This document shows, piece by piece, positions 63,057 to 64,000 of a stretch of 64,000 bases of DNA. This stretch comes from the human T2T-CHM13v2.0 reference genome, Homo sapiens. The notes under the pieces were generated by a model. The model made no database searches, was not told the DNA's origin, and worked only from the letters and a program-made list of their open reading frames with translations. The DNA is taken from NCBI RefSeq assembly GCF_009914755.1, contig NC_060948.1. One strand, written 5' to 3'. The position numbers and the translations under genes were made by a program. Positions within the stretch are counted from its first letter, which is position 1; every line of letters starts with the position of its first letter.

Positions 63057-63152
63057 GTTTCTTCCTTTCTTCTTTCTTTCTCTTTCTTTCTTTCTAATTT
63101 TCTTTCTTTCTTTCCTTCCTTCCTTCCTTCTTTCCTTCTTTCTTTCTTCCTT
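63057..63152. repeat. (TTTC/TTCC)n microsatellite derived from an Alu tail
   Basis: Directly visible. Confidence 0.93.
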
Positions 63153-63430
<278 letters not shown>

Positions 63431-64000
63431 TTGATGGCTGTAGTTATTTCAATATGCACTAAATAATTTTAACTTAAGGTAACTTCATATTTCTTTGTAA
63501 CATTAAAGAGTCTTTGGATCCAACTTTAAATCTTGAATACAGTTTATTTAACTATTTAGAGTAAGAACAGATATATTTAAGGTAATAATATTGGTTCAAA
63601 TGTATAATTTATGACAGAACATATGCTCTCTACACTGACCATTTCGCAGTTACCTTGTGAAAGATCATAAAGCACCATGGACAAATTCAGGATTCTGTCC
63701 TTGTGTCCTGATTGTTCTTGCTGGGCCTTCCTCCAAATCCTGACTGCCTCACTGACATTCAAGTTTGAGTGGGGCACTGTACATGGTATAAGCAATAAAA
63801 GCTGACCTGCAACTAAAAAAAACATTAATCATATAATCTTATTCACTGTCTTTGTACCACATTATGATACTAATCCCGCTGGGCATAGTTCACTTTCTGC
63901 AATCCTCTTGAATAAGGTCTTTGTTAATAGTTTTCCATGGAAACTTACTTGATCTGGGAAATATATTCCTCTTTGAAATTTAGTTGTGTATATCTGTGAT

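Overview
Primate (hominoid, because an SVA is present) Y-chromosome-type ampliconic sequence with no intact protein-coding gene. The left ~31.6 kb is a testis-gene pseudogene cluster. It holds a minus-strand unprocessed TSPY-family pseudogene (~1.0-3.4 kb, 3'-truncated) head-to-head with a plus-strand unprocessed RBMY pseudogene (~4.3-16.45 kb, 9 exons, one SRGY box, five premature stops). These are followed by a full-length antisense SVA and a second minus-strand TSPY pseudogene (~28.8-31.6 kb, 5'-truncated). The right half is AT-rich and repeat-dense: a 5'-inverted L1, an ERV1 solo LTR, an LTR12, a full-length L1PA, a truncated L1PA with a nested Alu, and more Alus and microsatellites. The most unusual signal is a dense, strand-specific cluster of A-to-G changes (SVA sense strand) in the SVA SINE-R, resembling ADAR hyper-editing fixed by retrotransposition. 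Also notable are an Alu whose target-site duplication copies the RBMY exon-2 splice donor, a compensated frameshift that scrambles only the RNP2 region, and two TSPY relics that look like a separate TSPY lineage. All comparisons to reference proteins and repeat consensuses are from memory, not from alignments, and coordinates were counted by hand.
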